64,000 bases of DNA. It comes from a virus. The stretch lies in the IMG/VR virus record IMGVR_UViG_3300045988_149572; one strand, given 5' to 3'. Under the pieces are notes generated by a model that ran no database searches, had not been told where the DNA came from, and saw only the letters and a list, made by a program, of their open reading frames with translations. The position numbers and the translations under genes are program-made. Within the stretch, counting starts at the first letter, position 1; every line of letters starts with the position of its first letter. This document shows, one piece after another, positions 45,974 through 53,779 of this stretch.

Positions 45974-46910
45974 ACTCTGGTGGTTTATACGATTCCTTGA
46001 AGTTTTTCATCCTCTCAAAAATCTCCTCCTCAAAGCGCGGAATGCCGATGAAGAACGGCTTGCCGTTGCCGACATCCTGCATATAGTGCCGACCGAAGGC
46101 GGTGAAAATATCATCGTCGTAGCCGAGAGCGTCTATGTGCGGAGCCATAAGGTCGTAGAGGAACTCGTTCCACGCCGGCGGCTGGGCAAGTTCTCCGTTG
46201 GCTCTACGGATGTTTAGCAGCGAATCAGCGTGTCTCTTCGCGTCTTGGATGGTCTTGTAGTCCTGACCTCGCTCAATCCAGCCACGCTTGATGGTGTGAA
46301 TCTGCACGGCAAGTCTGTCACGGGGTAGGTTGTACTTGTAGCACATAGCCTCCACCCACATATCCTCGCCCATCAAGACGTCCTCAATCTCCGACACAGG
46401 AATGATCTCCGTTGCTGTCGGCGATGTCGGTTTTTCTCTTTCTTTTGCTACGACGTAGTCGTAGTTTTCTTTCTCTTCAGGGGCTTTTTCTTCTTGGGTA
46501 GTAGGGGGTGTGGGGGGAGAAGGGGTTTCTTCTTTTTCGGAAAAACCTTCAGAAACCATAGGTTTTTGCTCTTGTAACCTATGGTTTTCGGTATCATAAC
46601 CTATGGTTTTGGGAGGTTTTTGCTCTTGTAACCTATGGTTTTGGGAGGTTTTTTTCGGTCTTCCGCCCTTGCTTCCTCCTTCTCTCCGTTGTCTGTCCGC
46701 CTCGATTGTTGCCGACAGCAGTCCGACAATAAGTTTGCCGACCGCATCGTCCTCGGCAGGCATAATTCCTCTAAGCGCATAGTTGAGCAATGCTTTCAGC
46801 GCGTCTGTCTGTGCCTCCTGAGGAAGCGTTTCTATTGTGTCGAGCCATGACTCGTGGAAGGTGAATCTATTGTTTGCCATTCTTCTATTTGATTTTGGCT
46901 GCATAGTCAT
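45930..46910 (-). CDS. replisome organizer / replication initiator (candidate)
   Basis: 326 aa immediately upstream of, and overlapping, dnaB. Contains iteron-like repeats within its coding sequence. Confidence 0.55.
   Translation of the reverse strand: MTMQPKSNRRMANNRFTFHESWLDTIETLPQEAQTDALKALLNYALRGIMPAEDDAVGKLIVGLLSATIEADRQRREGGSKGGRPKKTSQNHRLQEQKPPKTIGYDTENHRLQEQKPMVSEGFSEKEETPSPPTPPTTQEEKAPEEKENYDYVVAKEREKPTSPTATEIIPVSEIEDVLMGEDMWVEAMCYKYNLPRDRLAVQIHTIKRGWIERGQDYKTIQDAKRHADSLLNIRRANGELAQPPAWNEFLYDLMAPHIDALGYDDDIFTAFGRHYMQDVGNGKPFFIGIPRFEEEIFERMKNFKESYKPPEYEQPVQSGSGSQSA
46554..46655. promoter_or_regulatory. candidate replication origin: iterons inside the initiator gene
   Basis: CCTATGGTTT in direct orientation at 46579, 46600 and 46632, and inverted at 46554-46563. 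The 29-nt unit aggtttttgctcttgtaacctatggtttt occurs at 46560-46588 and 46614-46642. Confidence 0.5.
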
Positions 46911-47079
46911 TGAGCAGCCTGTGGTAACTGATTCTGTCGGTGGTGACCAGATGTCTGATTGCCTTCAGCGTTTCCTCGTACACCGCACGGTGGATTTCGA
47001 TGAACGGCACGAGGTGCGGTGGGTTGGAGCCCTCCTGCATCCTCTGAATCATATCATACAGTTTCTCTTCGTCAATCAT
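46885..47079 (-). CDS. hypothetical small protein
   Basis: 64 aa from a start forming an ATGA overlap with the ruvC stop. Confidence 0.4.
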   Translation of the reverse strand: MIDEEKLYDMIQRMQEGSNPPHLVPFIEIHRAVYEETLKAIRHLVTTDRISYHRLLNDYAAKIK

Positions 47080-47567
47080 ATCTTGTATATTATTGGAAGG
47101 TTCGCTGATGTCCACGCAAGAAGCATAGCGTCACGCTCCTCCTGGTTGCTCCGCTTGGCGGTATAGCCGGTTATGGCGCATATCTCCTCGTGGGTGATTT
47201 TGCGGTCTTTGCCCTTCCAGATTTTGCGCAGGGGCGGTTGAAGCCGAACATCAAAGCTGAAGTGCCGCGCTATGTCGGCAATGTCTATGCCTATCTGATG
47301 GTTGCGCCCCACGTGGTAGCCTTTTTTAGCCGCCACCGCCTTGCTGTCGGAAGGCAGTGAATGGAAGTTGTGGGCAGTGGCCCACGAAGCCTCCACCACC
47401 ACAGCGACCGTCAACGTGGGATATTCGTTGCGCACTCTGCGGAAGTCGTCCGTCAGCGCGGGAAGCGTCATTGTGGTCGCTTCAATCCTTTTGGTTTTGG
47501 GACAGAGTGTTGCGACACCGCTTGCCTCCACGTCAGGGTCGATGCCGATGATAATGTCGTATGTCAT
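47076..47567 (-). CDS. ruvC: RuvC-like Holliday junction resolvase
   Basis: IIGIDPDVEASG at the N-terminus and EERDAMLLAW near the C-terminus. Confidence 0.7.
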   Translation of the reverse strand: MTYDIIIGIDPDVEASGVATLCPKTKRIEATTMTLPALTDDFRRVRNEYPTLTVAVVVEASWATAHNFHSLPSDSKAVAAKKGYHVGRNHQIGIDIADIARHFSFDVRLQPPLRKIWKGKDRKITHEEICAITGYTAKRSNQEERDAMLLAWTSANLPIIYKI

Positions 47568-48001
47568 AGATACTCCTTTCTTCTGTTGATTTCAATTTCC
47601 GCCTGTCTAATCATATATTCCTCCTCCGGGGTGGGGATATACCAACCTTCGGTGGCCGCCCAGTTTCGGAAGCGTTCAATTGCCGTTGTCATATCCTCCG
47701 TTGACAAGTCTCTGCTTGATTTCAGCGTCCTCACGTTCTGTTGCAGACGGGTGTCGTAACGTTCGGTGACAAACAAATCTGCGTTGCAATGCGCCTTGAA
47801 GTAATACCGCTTCACGTAGTCCATCGTGTTGCCCGTCTCCATTGCCACAATGCCGATACAGACGTGCAGGTAGCGGTTCTGTGGGTCGCTACGCTGCTTT
47901 CTCTCGGTCAGTTCGACCGAGGGCGAGTGCTTGTCAATCAACGACTGCAAGCGTGTCTTGGCACGCTCACAATCGTAGGGATTGGATAGGTCGAACAACA
48001 T
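47564..48001 (-). CDS. NinB/Orf-like recombination protein (candidate)
   Basis: RSDPQNRYLH motif, plus position within the recombination module. Confidence 0.45.
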   Translation of the reverse strand: MLFDLSNPYDCERAKTRLQSLIDKHSPSVELTERKQRSDPQNRYLHVCIGIVAMETGNTMDYVKRYYFKAHCNADLFVTERYDTRLQQNVRTLKSSRDLSTEDMTTAIERFRNWAATEGWYIPTPEEEYMIRQAEIEINRRKEYL

Positions 48002-48007
48002 AGTCCG

Positions 48008-48316
48008 TTAGAATGGAAGATCGTCGGAGGAGGCAGACGGAGCCGCCTCAATCTGTTCAGTGGTCGGTTGGCTTGGCATAGGCTTCAGCTCCGAGAAGTC
48101 GCCTATGTAGAGGTTCTCGCCCTCCACCTGCTGGTCTTTCGGTACGCTTACTTTCATAGAATGGGTGTATGTGCGCTCTCCGAATGTGGAGGGCGTCTTG
48201 CGCTCCCATAGACCGACATTGAGGAATATGTGTTCTGTGCCGTCCTTGCACATTACTTTTTTGAAAAATCTCTTTGGGACTTTGGTTAAGTCGATTGATC
48301 CAGTGTAGTTGCTCAT
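48008..48316 (-). CDS. SSB-like protein with acidic DDLPF tail
   Basis: C-terminal SSDDLPF mimics the SSB protein-interaction tip. Lies between the recombination genes. Confidence 0.5.
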   Translation of the reverse strand: MSNYTGSIDLTKVPKRFFKKVMCKDGTEHIFLNVGLWERKTPSTFGERTYTHSMKVSVPKDQQVEGENLYIGDFSELKPMPSQPTTEQIEAAPSASSDDLPF

Positions 48317-49209
48317 AATGATGTAATTCTTATTGATGATTTGACTTTGGTTGTTTTGATGTAATTCTTGTAGGATTCAGGATGTTCCTCTTTGAACCTC
48401 TTGGCGTCGAATGTTTCTTTGGTGGAAGGCTCAATGTAGGTAAGCCGCATATTGTCGGTTTCCCATTTCTTCACTCCAGCCTTCTCCATCTCGCCCTTCA
48501 TCCGCTCAGAGAACGTCTTCACCTGCTTCTCTATCTCTTTTTTCCTAGCAAGTAGGTCAAGAATCTGCATCTCCATAGCCTTGTAGCGGTCGGGCAACGT
48601 GTTGACGCTCGGAAGTGGGTTGACGAATTGCCGTCCTTCCACCTCGGCGGCGAGGAGAGAGTCAATCACGCCGTCAGGAATGCGCTGTACCTCCGTTATT
48701 TTAGCCTTGTCACCGCGGAGCCAGATAGCAAGCAGACCGACAACCTTACAGCCTGGGTTCTGCCGCTCGAAGAATGTGGCGTAGATGGACAGTTGCCAAC
48801 GTACCTTGTCCTCGTTGAGATTACGCACGGTCTTGATGTCGCCGAGGATATACTCCGTTTCGGAGACTTTGAACACCTTGTCAATAGGAGACGCAAAGTG
48901 CTCGTTGTCGCTGACAACGTACTCGGATTCACACGGAACGTAGCCGCCCTCCTTGATTAGCCGTTGGTAATTGACCACTTCTGGAATATCCTCGAAAGTA
49001 GTGCCGAAGTCGTCGCAGAACTCCACTTGTGCGTGGATTGCACTGCCACGCTCGGCTGCGGCCTTCAGCGTCTCTTCGTCAACCCCGGCATATTCATCGG
49101 GAAACAATTGCCGTTGGAGCATCCCAGTGATGCCCTGCAACGCCCTCCCGTCGGGCGCGGTATAGGTATGCCCGACGGGGTCAAATACAATTTCAGAATA
49201 TCTCAACAT
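48313..49209 (-). CDS. PD-(D/E)XK family exonuclease (recombination exonuclease)
   Basis: GSAIHAQVE ... SPIDKVF ... LGDIKT pattern. Partner of the adjacent annealase. Confidence 0.6.
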   Translation of the reverse strand: MLRYSEIVFDPVGHTYTAPDGRALQGITGMLQRQLFPDEYAGVDEETLKAAAERGSAIHAQVEFCDDFGTTFEDIPEVVNYQRLIKEGGYVPCESEYVVSDNEHFASPIDKVFKVSETEYILGDIKTVRNLNEDKVRWQLSIYATFFERQNPGCKVVGLLAIWLRGDKAKITEVQRIPDGVIDSLLAAEVEGRQFVNPLPSVNTLPDRYKAMEMQILDLLARKKEIEKQVKTFSERMKGEMEKAGVKKWETDNMRLTYIEPSTKETFDAKRFKEEHPESYKNYIKTTKVKSSIRITSL

Positions 49210-49210
49210 A

Positions 49211-49831
49211 TTAGCCTTGTTTTAGTTGTTGTTTTCTTTGGGAACAAGCGGTGATTACCGCTTCGTCCTTGCCGAAGTAATAAGAGTTCTTCTTATATAT
49301 CGCAACGACTTCCTCCTCGGTCTGTGCGGCATACACCGCCGCTATTACTGCCGCCTTGTCAGGAGCAGGAATAGCGGGTGCTGGAGCAGTCGCCTTTGCC
49401 TTGCCTGAGCCCTTCGAGGTTGCCGTGTACTCCTTGCCGTTGTTCAAAGTGTCGGCATCCTTTGTGTCGTCGATAGCAAGCAAGCCGTTGAGCGCGTATT
49501 TTCGTGCATAGGAGGATGCGGCACCCGTCACTTGGCTGCCGTCCATTCCTTTTTTTGTCGCTTCCTCACGGGCGAAAGCCTGGTTGGATAGCGACCGTTC
49601 TCCGTCAGTCAGCGTTGCGGTTGCCTTGACGTAAAATCTGTCACCAAGCACCACGATATCATCGGTGATGGTTAGAAATAGCCCCTCGGCTTTGAGGAGA
49701 GGCTTGACCGCCTCGAGGATGTCCTCGCAGTTGCGGTAATTGTAGCCGCCGAAGTTGTTCCGTTGATTCTTCGGTGCTTTGAGTTGTGATTGCACAGCAA
49801 TCACACGCTCGGTGAATGTCTTGTCTGCCAT
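49211..49831 (-). CDS. erf: ERF-family single-strand annealing protein
   Basis: FGGYNYRNCEDILEAVKPLL and GAASSYARKYALNGLLAI. Start taken at MADKTF (49831), because the longer track ORF overlaps the upstream gene. Confidence 0.75.
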   Translation of the reverse strand: MADKTFTERVIAVQSQLKAPKNQRNNFGGYNYRNCEDILEAVKPLLKAEGLFLTITDDIVVLGDRFYVKATATLTDGERSLSNQAFAREEATKKGMDGSQVTGAASSYARKYALNGLLAIDDTKDADTLNNGKEYTATSKGSGKAKATAPAPAIPAPDKAAVIAAVYAAQTEEEVVAIYKKNSYYFGKDEAVITACSQRKQQLKQG

Positions 49832-49833
49832 AT

Positions 49834-50016
49834 CTATATAAGTTTTCTGTCTGTTAGCATACATAAGATTTTCAGGGAGGCGAGGAACGATGCCAACGCC
49901 CCAGCCTTGATGAGAGTGAACGGCAATAGTGCCGCACTCTCGTCCTCGTTGCATAGGAGGACGATGCTGACTCCCATCCACACGGTCATCAGCAGGTAGA
50001 TGATTAGTTTCTTCAT
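49834..50016 (-). CDS. small membrane protein
   Basis: 60 aa from MKKLIIYLLM, with two hydrophobic helices. Confidence 0.4.
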   Translation of the reverse strand: MKKLIIYLLMTVWMGVSIVLLCNEDESAALLPFTLIKAGALASFLASLKILCMLTDRKLI

Positions 50017-50113
50017 ATATTTTGTTTTTTTATAATTGTCTGATAAAAAGGAGACTATCCTCACAGACCGCCTCCCGAAAAAAACGTTGTCAATAAATGA
50101 TACGAAAGTAGTA

Positions 50114-50207
50114 GTCGGCTCGGAGGTATCGAACCTCGCCCCGGTCGTAGAGAATTGGATAAGAAGTTGTTAATAATTACCGACCGAAGCCTACCAGTGC
50201 GAGCCGT
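50114..50207 (-). ncRNA. tRNA-like element A (non-canonical; no anticodon arm found)
   Basis: RNA sense: ACGGCTC-GC-ACTG/GTAGGCTT/CGGT ... CGAGG-TTCGATA-CCTCC-GAGCCGA-C. Six of 7 acceptor pairs form. A CGGTCG/CGACCG stem closes a 31-nt loop. Confidence 0.4.
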
Positions 50208-50271
50208 GATGCCTCCCATATCCTCACGGACGGAGAGGCGATGAAATCTCAATCGTTAAAAAGAATGTAAG

Positions 50272-50382
50272 TGGCAGAGGGGGGAATCGAACCCCCTGTG
50301 AAAAACAATTATCAACTAAACTCAATTACTAAACTCAATCATACTCTACTAAATGGGAAATGCGGAACCACCGCGCTCTGCC
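50272..50382 (-). ncRNA. tRNA-like element B (non-canonical)
   Basis: RNA sense: GGCAGAG-C-GCGG/TGGTT/CCGC, a ~54-nt C-free insert with AUUGAGUUUAGU x2, then GGGGG-TTCGATT-CCCCC-CTCTGCC-A. The 7-bp acceptor is perfect. Confidence 0.5.
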
Positions 50383-50453
50383 TTGTCCTCCTGCGCCCGT
50401 CACGGGTTTGGAGGGAAAATTATGAGTAAAAGTTGCTTTAATAAAGGGAATAG

Positions 50454-50499
50454 GAGCGGTGGGAGGACTCGAACCTCCCCTCGGCACCTTGCCACCGCT
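50454..50499 (-). ncRNA. tRNA-like minihelix C (acceptor plus T arm only)
   Basis: RNA sense: AGCGGTG, a 14-nt linker, then GGAGG-TTCGAGT-CCTCC-CACCGCT-C. All 12 stem pairs are Watson-Crick. Confidence 0.5.
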
Positions 50500-50738
50500 C
50501 GGAATATATAGAGTGAGCAGTCAATTGCTCTGTAAGGAGTGCTGCTCGTTGGTTGGTTGTATACACTGCGGCGTCATAGGCTCGCCGCGTAGCCCCAGCA
50601 CCTGTTGCATAGTCGGTGCTGACCACATCCGCAACGCCAACTCACACACTCGGCTGGAATGCTTATTGTGTGCGACTCGTTGCGGTCGTTATGCTTGTTG
50701 TCAATACGTCAATGTGCTTTTGCCTCTAAGAGGCGTTG

Positions 50739-50781
50739 TAGGCAGGATGAGAATCGAACCCATCCGTATACCATACTGCCT
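50739..50781 (-). ncRNA. tRNA-like minihelix D (acceptor plus T arm only)
   Basis: RNA sense: AGGCAGT, an 11-nt linker, then ATGGG-TTCGATT-CTCAT-CCTGCCT-A. Begins at the last base of the upstream stop codon. Confidence 0.4.
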
Positions 50782-51272
50782 TATTCGTAGATGAATGCGT
50801 CGGAGCATTCGTGCCCGACCAAATCACAGAACTCCTGTGCTTCTTTAAGAAGGTGCGTATATGTGGGGCCGTCCAATATCGGCGAGATTGCCCACTCGCC
50901 GGAGATGTAGCGGTTGCACTCGACCAACAAGCGGTAGGTCTTACCGTCTACGCCTGTCACCTTAGTAGTGACCTCCGCATCTTGTTCGGCATCTTGTTCG
51001 GCTTTCGCTATTGCTTCCTTGCATTGTCGGATAACATCGTTCAGCGATTCACTCTTGATTCCTATCGGCTTGCGGTCTTCGAGAATCTTGATGTTCTCCT
51101 CGTATTCATCCGCCCATTCAATCAAGGCTTTGGCGGCTTCCTTGTCTGCTTCTCTCACTTTCGACAAGCTCTCACGGAGAGCCGCTTCAGCAGCTTTGTA
51201 GGCTTCGAGCCGCTTCGCCCAGATAGCAGGGCGGTATATACGTCTTACGTCTTCTTCCATATCTATGACCAT
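50781..51272 (-). CDS. hypothetical protein
   Basis: 163-aa ORF with a helical acidic middle region. Confidence 0.55.
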   Translation of the reverse strand: MVIDMEEDVRRIYRPAIWAKRLEAYKAAEAALRESLSKVREADKEAAKALIEWADEYEENIKILEDRKPIGIKSESLNDVIRQCKEAIAKAEQDAEQDAEVTTKVTGVDGKTYRLLVECNRYISGEWAISPILDGPTYTHLLKEAQEFCDLVGHECSDAFIYE

Positions 51273-51625
51273 TCACAAGTGTTGGTATATCCGTTGATGG
51301 CTTCGTCAAGGTCGCCTTCATTCTCTATCTCCACGTCGCCCAACTCACCATCGCAGGCGGTAATGTCAACGATGCTGATTCCATAGGCGTCCTCTCCATA
51401 CTCCGGCTCTGTGTAGGTCGCCGCGTGGTAATGCCTGTTCTCAGCCCACATATTGTAGAATACGGAGATGACTAAGCCGTTTATCTCTGTCCAAAACTCC
51501 CATTTTTCGTAGGGATAGGAGAATGCGTCCGAATAGTTCTCGTCAATCTCTTTTTTGAAATCTTTCGCGATTTGCGCGATGTCCGCTTTGCTCAGTAGGA
51601 CTCTCTTTAATTTTTTTGTCTGCAT
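51263..51625 (-). CDS. hypothetical acidic protein
   Basis: 120-aa ORF. Confidence 0.5.
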   Translation of the reverse strand: MQTKKLKRVLLSKADIAQIAKDFKKEIDENYSDAFSYPYEKWEFWTEINGLVISVFYNMWAENRHYHAATYTEPEYGEDAYGISIVDITACDGELGDVEIENEGDLDEAINGYTNTCEWS

Positions 51626-51647
51626 TGCTCTATATGTTATTGGTTAG

Positions 51648-51941
51648 TTAATTATGACTGAACACCTTGTCAAGGTCGCTCTTCTTGATTCTGATTACGT
51701 TGCCGTTCCGTCCTGCGTGGAGCCATCCACCGCGTATGCGGTTGTGGATTGTTCCCACGCTGACGCCCACATATTCGGCAGCCTCCTTGATGGTGAGCAG
51801 AGCGTCTTCCTCCTGCGGTTTGACCGCCTCAAGCAGGCATTCTCCCCAAGCGAGGAAAGCCTGTCGCAGTTGTTCGGTGGTCACCGATATGGTGACGTTC
51901 TGACCGGACTGTATGATGCTGTTGATGTCAAGCGTGTTCAT
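51648..51941 (-). CDS. excisionase-family / MerR-like HTH DNA-binding protein
   Basis: LLTIKEAAEYVGVSVGTIHNRIRGGWLHAGRNGNVIRIKKSDL. Start taken at the ATGA overlap. Confidence 0.6.
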   Translation of the reverse strand: MNTLDINSIIQSGQNVTISVTTEQLRQAFLAWGECLLEAVKPQEEDALLTIKEAAEYVGVSVGTIHNRIRGGWLHAGRNGNVIRIKKSDLDKVFSHN

Positions 51942-52138
51942 TTCAGTCTGATTGCGTGTGTTGCCAACTCGTGGTTCACTTGCCACACCTTATACTTCGC
52001 TTCGCCCCGGACATTGATGGCGTAGGCTGCCGCGCGCACTGTGCTGGAGGATGTCTGCCTATAAGGGAAAACCATCTCTTCGCCCACCTGTAGAGCTTTC
52101 AAAGTTTCTGTTACGTTGATTTTTTTTATAATTTTCAT
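51938..52138 (-). CDS. hypothetical protein, first gene of the leftward early operon
   Basis: 66-aa ORF facing the repressor gene across a 160-bp control region. Confidence 0.4.
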   Translation of the reverse strand: MKIIKKINVTETLKALQVGEEMVFPYRQTSSSTVRAAAYAINVRGEAKYKVWQVNHELATHAIRLK

Positions 52139-52224
52139 TGTTATGTTGTTTTATATTAGTACTTTTGCACCGTTGTTTTGTGTTTGGCGGTGGTTTTGTT
52201 CTAAACACATTGCAAAGATAACCG

Positions 52225-52248
52225 AATATTGGGTGTACACCAAATATT
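52225..52248. promoter_or_regulatory. candidate operator (24-bp near-palindrome)
   Basis: AATATTgGGTGTACACCaAATATT: 22 of 24 positions are symmetric. Lies between the divergent repressor and early genes. Confidence 0.45.
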
Positions 52249-52299
52249 TCACCAAAAATATTATTCATAACTTAGTTAAAAAGTGTTACATCGGTATCA

Positions 52300-52899
52300 A
52301 TGAATGGATTAGACATAAAGAATTTGCGCCTAAAATTAGGTGTTACGCAGAGGGAACTCGCTGAGATGGTCGGAGTGTCAGAGAAGACCGTGCAAAATTG
52401 GGAGTATGGCAAGCCTATTCCGACTACGAAACACCAAATTTTACGGACTATTCAGTCTGGGGTAGAGGAGAATGTAAGCACGGAAGATATTAATCAGCGC
52501 ATTAGAAAGGTGTTGAAAGATAAAGATTTATCTGTTGCAGCCTTTAGTAGGGAAGCGGGAATAGAGCAAACGACATTGAATAGGCAACTGAATGGTGGAA
52601 GTAAGGTGTCTGTTGGAACCATCAAGGCTTTTCTCCTTAAATTTAAGGACATTTCCGCAGAATGGCTTCTGCGCGGTGTAGGCGATATGTGCTGTGGCGT
52701 CCCAGACGAACAGCTCGAACGTGAGATAGCGGAGGAGACAGGTCGTGTGCAGAGCATCGGCGACAATTCCAACCACAACACGCAGACAATGACGGATTCC
52801 GCCATTGCCAAGGAGAATGAGATGCTAAGGAAGAGTATCGAGGAGAAGAACGAGGAAATCAAGTTCCTCCGCTCCTTAATCCAAAGAAATGCAGACTAA
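52300..52899 (+). CDS. CI-like repressor with two HTH modules and a C-terminal coiled coil
   Basis: LRLKLGVTQRELAEMVGVSEKTVQNWE (XRE HTH). Second module AAFSREAGIEQTTLNRQLNG ... SAEWLLRGVG. No Ser-Lys peptidase domain. Confidence 0.7.
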   Translation: MNGLDIKNLRLKLGVTQRELAEMVGVSEKTVQNWEYGKPIPTTKHQILRTIQSGVEENVSTEDINQRIRKVLKDKDLSVAAFSREAGIEQTTLNRQLNGGSKVSVGTIKAFLLKFKDISAEWLLRGVGDMCCGVPDEQLEREIAEETGRVQSIGDNSNHNTQTMTDSAIAKENEMLRKSIEEKNEEIKFLRSLIQRNAD

Positions 52900-52911
52900 A
52901 TATTTTCGGTT

Positions 52912-53346
52912 ATGAGAAAGTTTTTTTATAAAATGAGAATGGTGGACGAGCAGATTGTGGAGACCCTGCACATCCATAGAAGCGTACACCTCGCCAAGCT
53001 GATGGTACAGTTCGCTCCTCCTATCGGCGCGGGGCTTATGATGTGTCACACGGCAGTTCTCCTTATGGGTTATGTGTGGTCGGTCGCCTCGGTGATCGCG
53101 CGGAGTGCGCTGCTCGTGTTCGCGCTTATGGTGGTTCTTTCCGTGGCTTTCGGCTTCTGTTGGATTCATCGGGCGTTCTGCGGCTACAATTTATTGGTAA
53201 ACGCTTGCATTGAATATGAGAAGCTGTTCGGATTCGGAACGCTCCTTACCCCGGCGAGATGGTTTGTGCTTGCGCTTGGCGCCGTGCTTTTCTTCCTTTA
53301 TTTCCGACGGAAATGGCTTGTGAAACATAAGAAATACAAAATCTAA
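52912..53346 (+). CDS. membrane protein (lysogen-expressed candidate)
   Basis: 144 aa with about four hydrophobic helices. Immediately downstream of the repressor on the same strand. Confidence 0.5.
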   Translation: MRKFFYKMRMVDEQIVETLHIHRSVHLAKLMVQFAPPIGAGLMMCHTAVLLMGYVWSVASVIARSALLVFALMVVLSVAFGFCWIHRAFCGYNLLVNACIEYEKLFGFGTLLTPARWFVLALGAVLFFLYFRRKWLVKHKKYKI

Positions 53347-53349
53347 AAA

Positions 53350-53763
53350 ATGGATAAGACAAAAGCTATTCTTTGCGGCATATCCGTAGTTGGTGCGCTG
53401 TTGGTAGGATGTGGGTATGTTGCAGTATGCGCCCACAATGGAAGATATATAGAGGCTGGCGACAGTATTGTTTTCGACACGTGGGAAGAGATGTATATAC
53501 CATTGTCTCCAGATTTCTCCTCGGTTGACAACACTCGCCCATCTAAAGGTCATTACGCTGACAGGGAAGCGTATATGCTATGGCTGTCGCTAAGGAACAA
53601 AGGGCTACTTACTTTGCCTTATTTCCGATTCAAAGAGGTTCTGCGTGATGACAAGCGCAGGAGAAAATTGTACGATGCTTTGGTAGCGAATGATGCGTTT
53701 GTCGGCCCGAACTATGGCTATGAGCGTTTCAAGGCGCAAATGACATTGTCTGAAGATGATTGA
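53350..53763 (+). CDS. lipoprotein candidate
   Basis: Signal peptide ending LLVGC. Confidence 0.5.
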   Translation: MDKTKAILCGISVVGALLVGCGYVAVCAHNGRYIEAGDSIVFDTWEEMYIPLSPDFSSVDNTRPSKGHYADREAYMLWLSLRNKGLLTLPYFRFKEVLRDDKRRRKLYDALVANDAFVGPNYGYERFKAQMTLSEDD

Positions 53764-53779
53764 GGGGGTGTCGACAACA

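Noticed and set aside
41364-46655. The tandem repeats at 41364-41422 and 46554-46655 as a CRISPR array.
   Set aside because: There are too few copies and no regular spacer structure. Both repeat sets lie in frame within coding sequences, and there are no cas genes.
50114-50382. Calling elements A and B ordinary tRNA genes with an assigned anticodon.
   Set aside because: After the D-like hairpin I could not form a 5-bp anticodon stem with a 7-nt loop in either. Assigning an isotype would be invention.
50454-50781. The D-to-C interval as a tmRNA (two tRNA-like ends around a structured core).
   Set aside because: Each tRNA-like unit closes on its own acceptor stem instead of pairing 5' end with 3' end. 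I also found no tag-like reading frame ending in a hydrophobic ALAA-type tail plus stop.
50438-50794. ORFs 50459-50794 (+, 111 aa) and 50438-50626 (-, 62 aa) as protein genes.
   Set aside because: They overlap the tRNA-like T-arm/acceptor modules and the GC hairpins. They have Cys/Arg-rich or low-complexity composition, and lack coupling to neighbouring genes.
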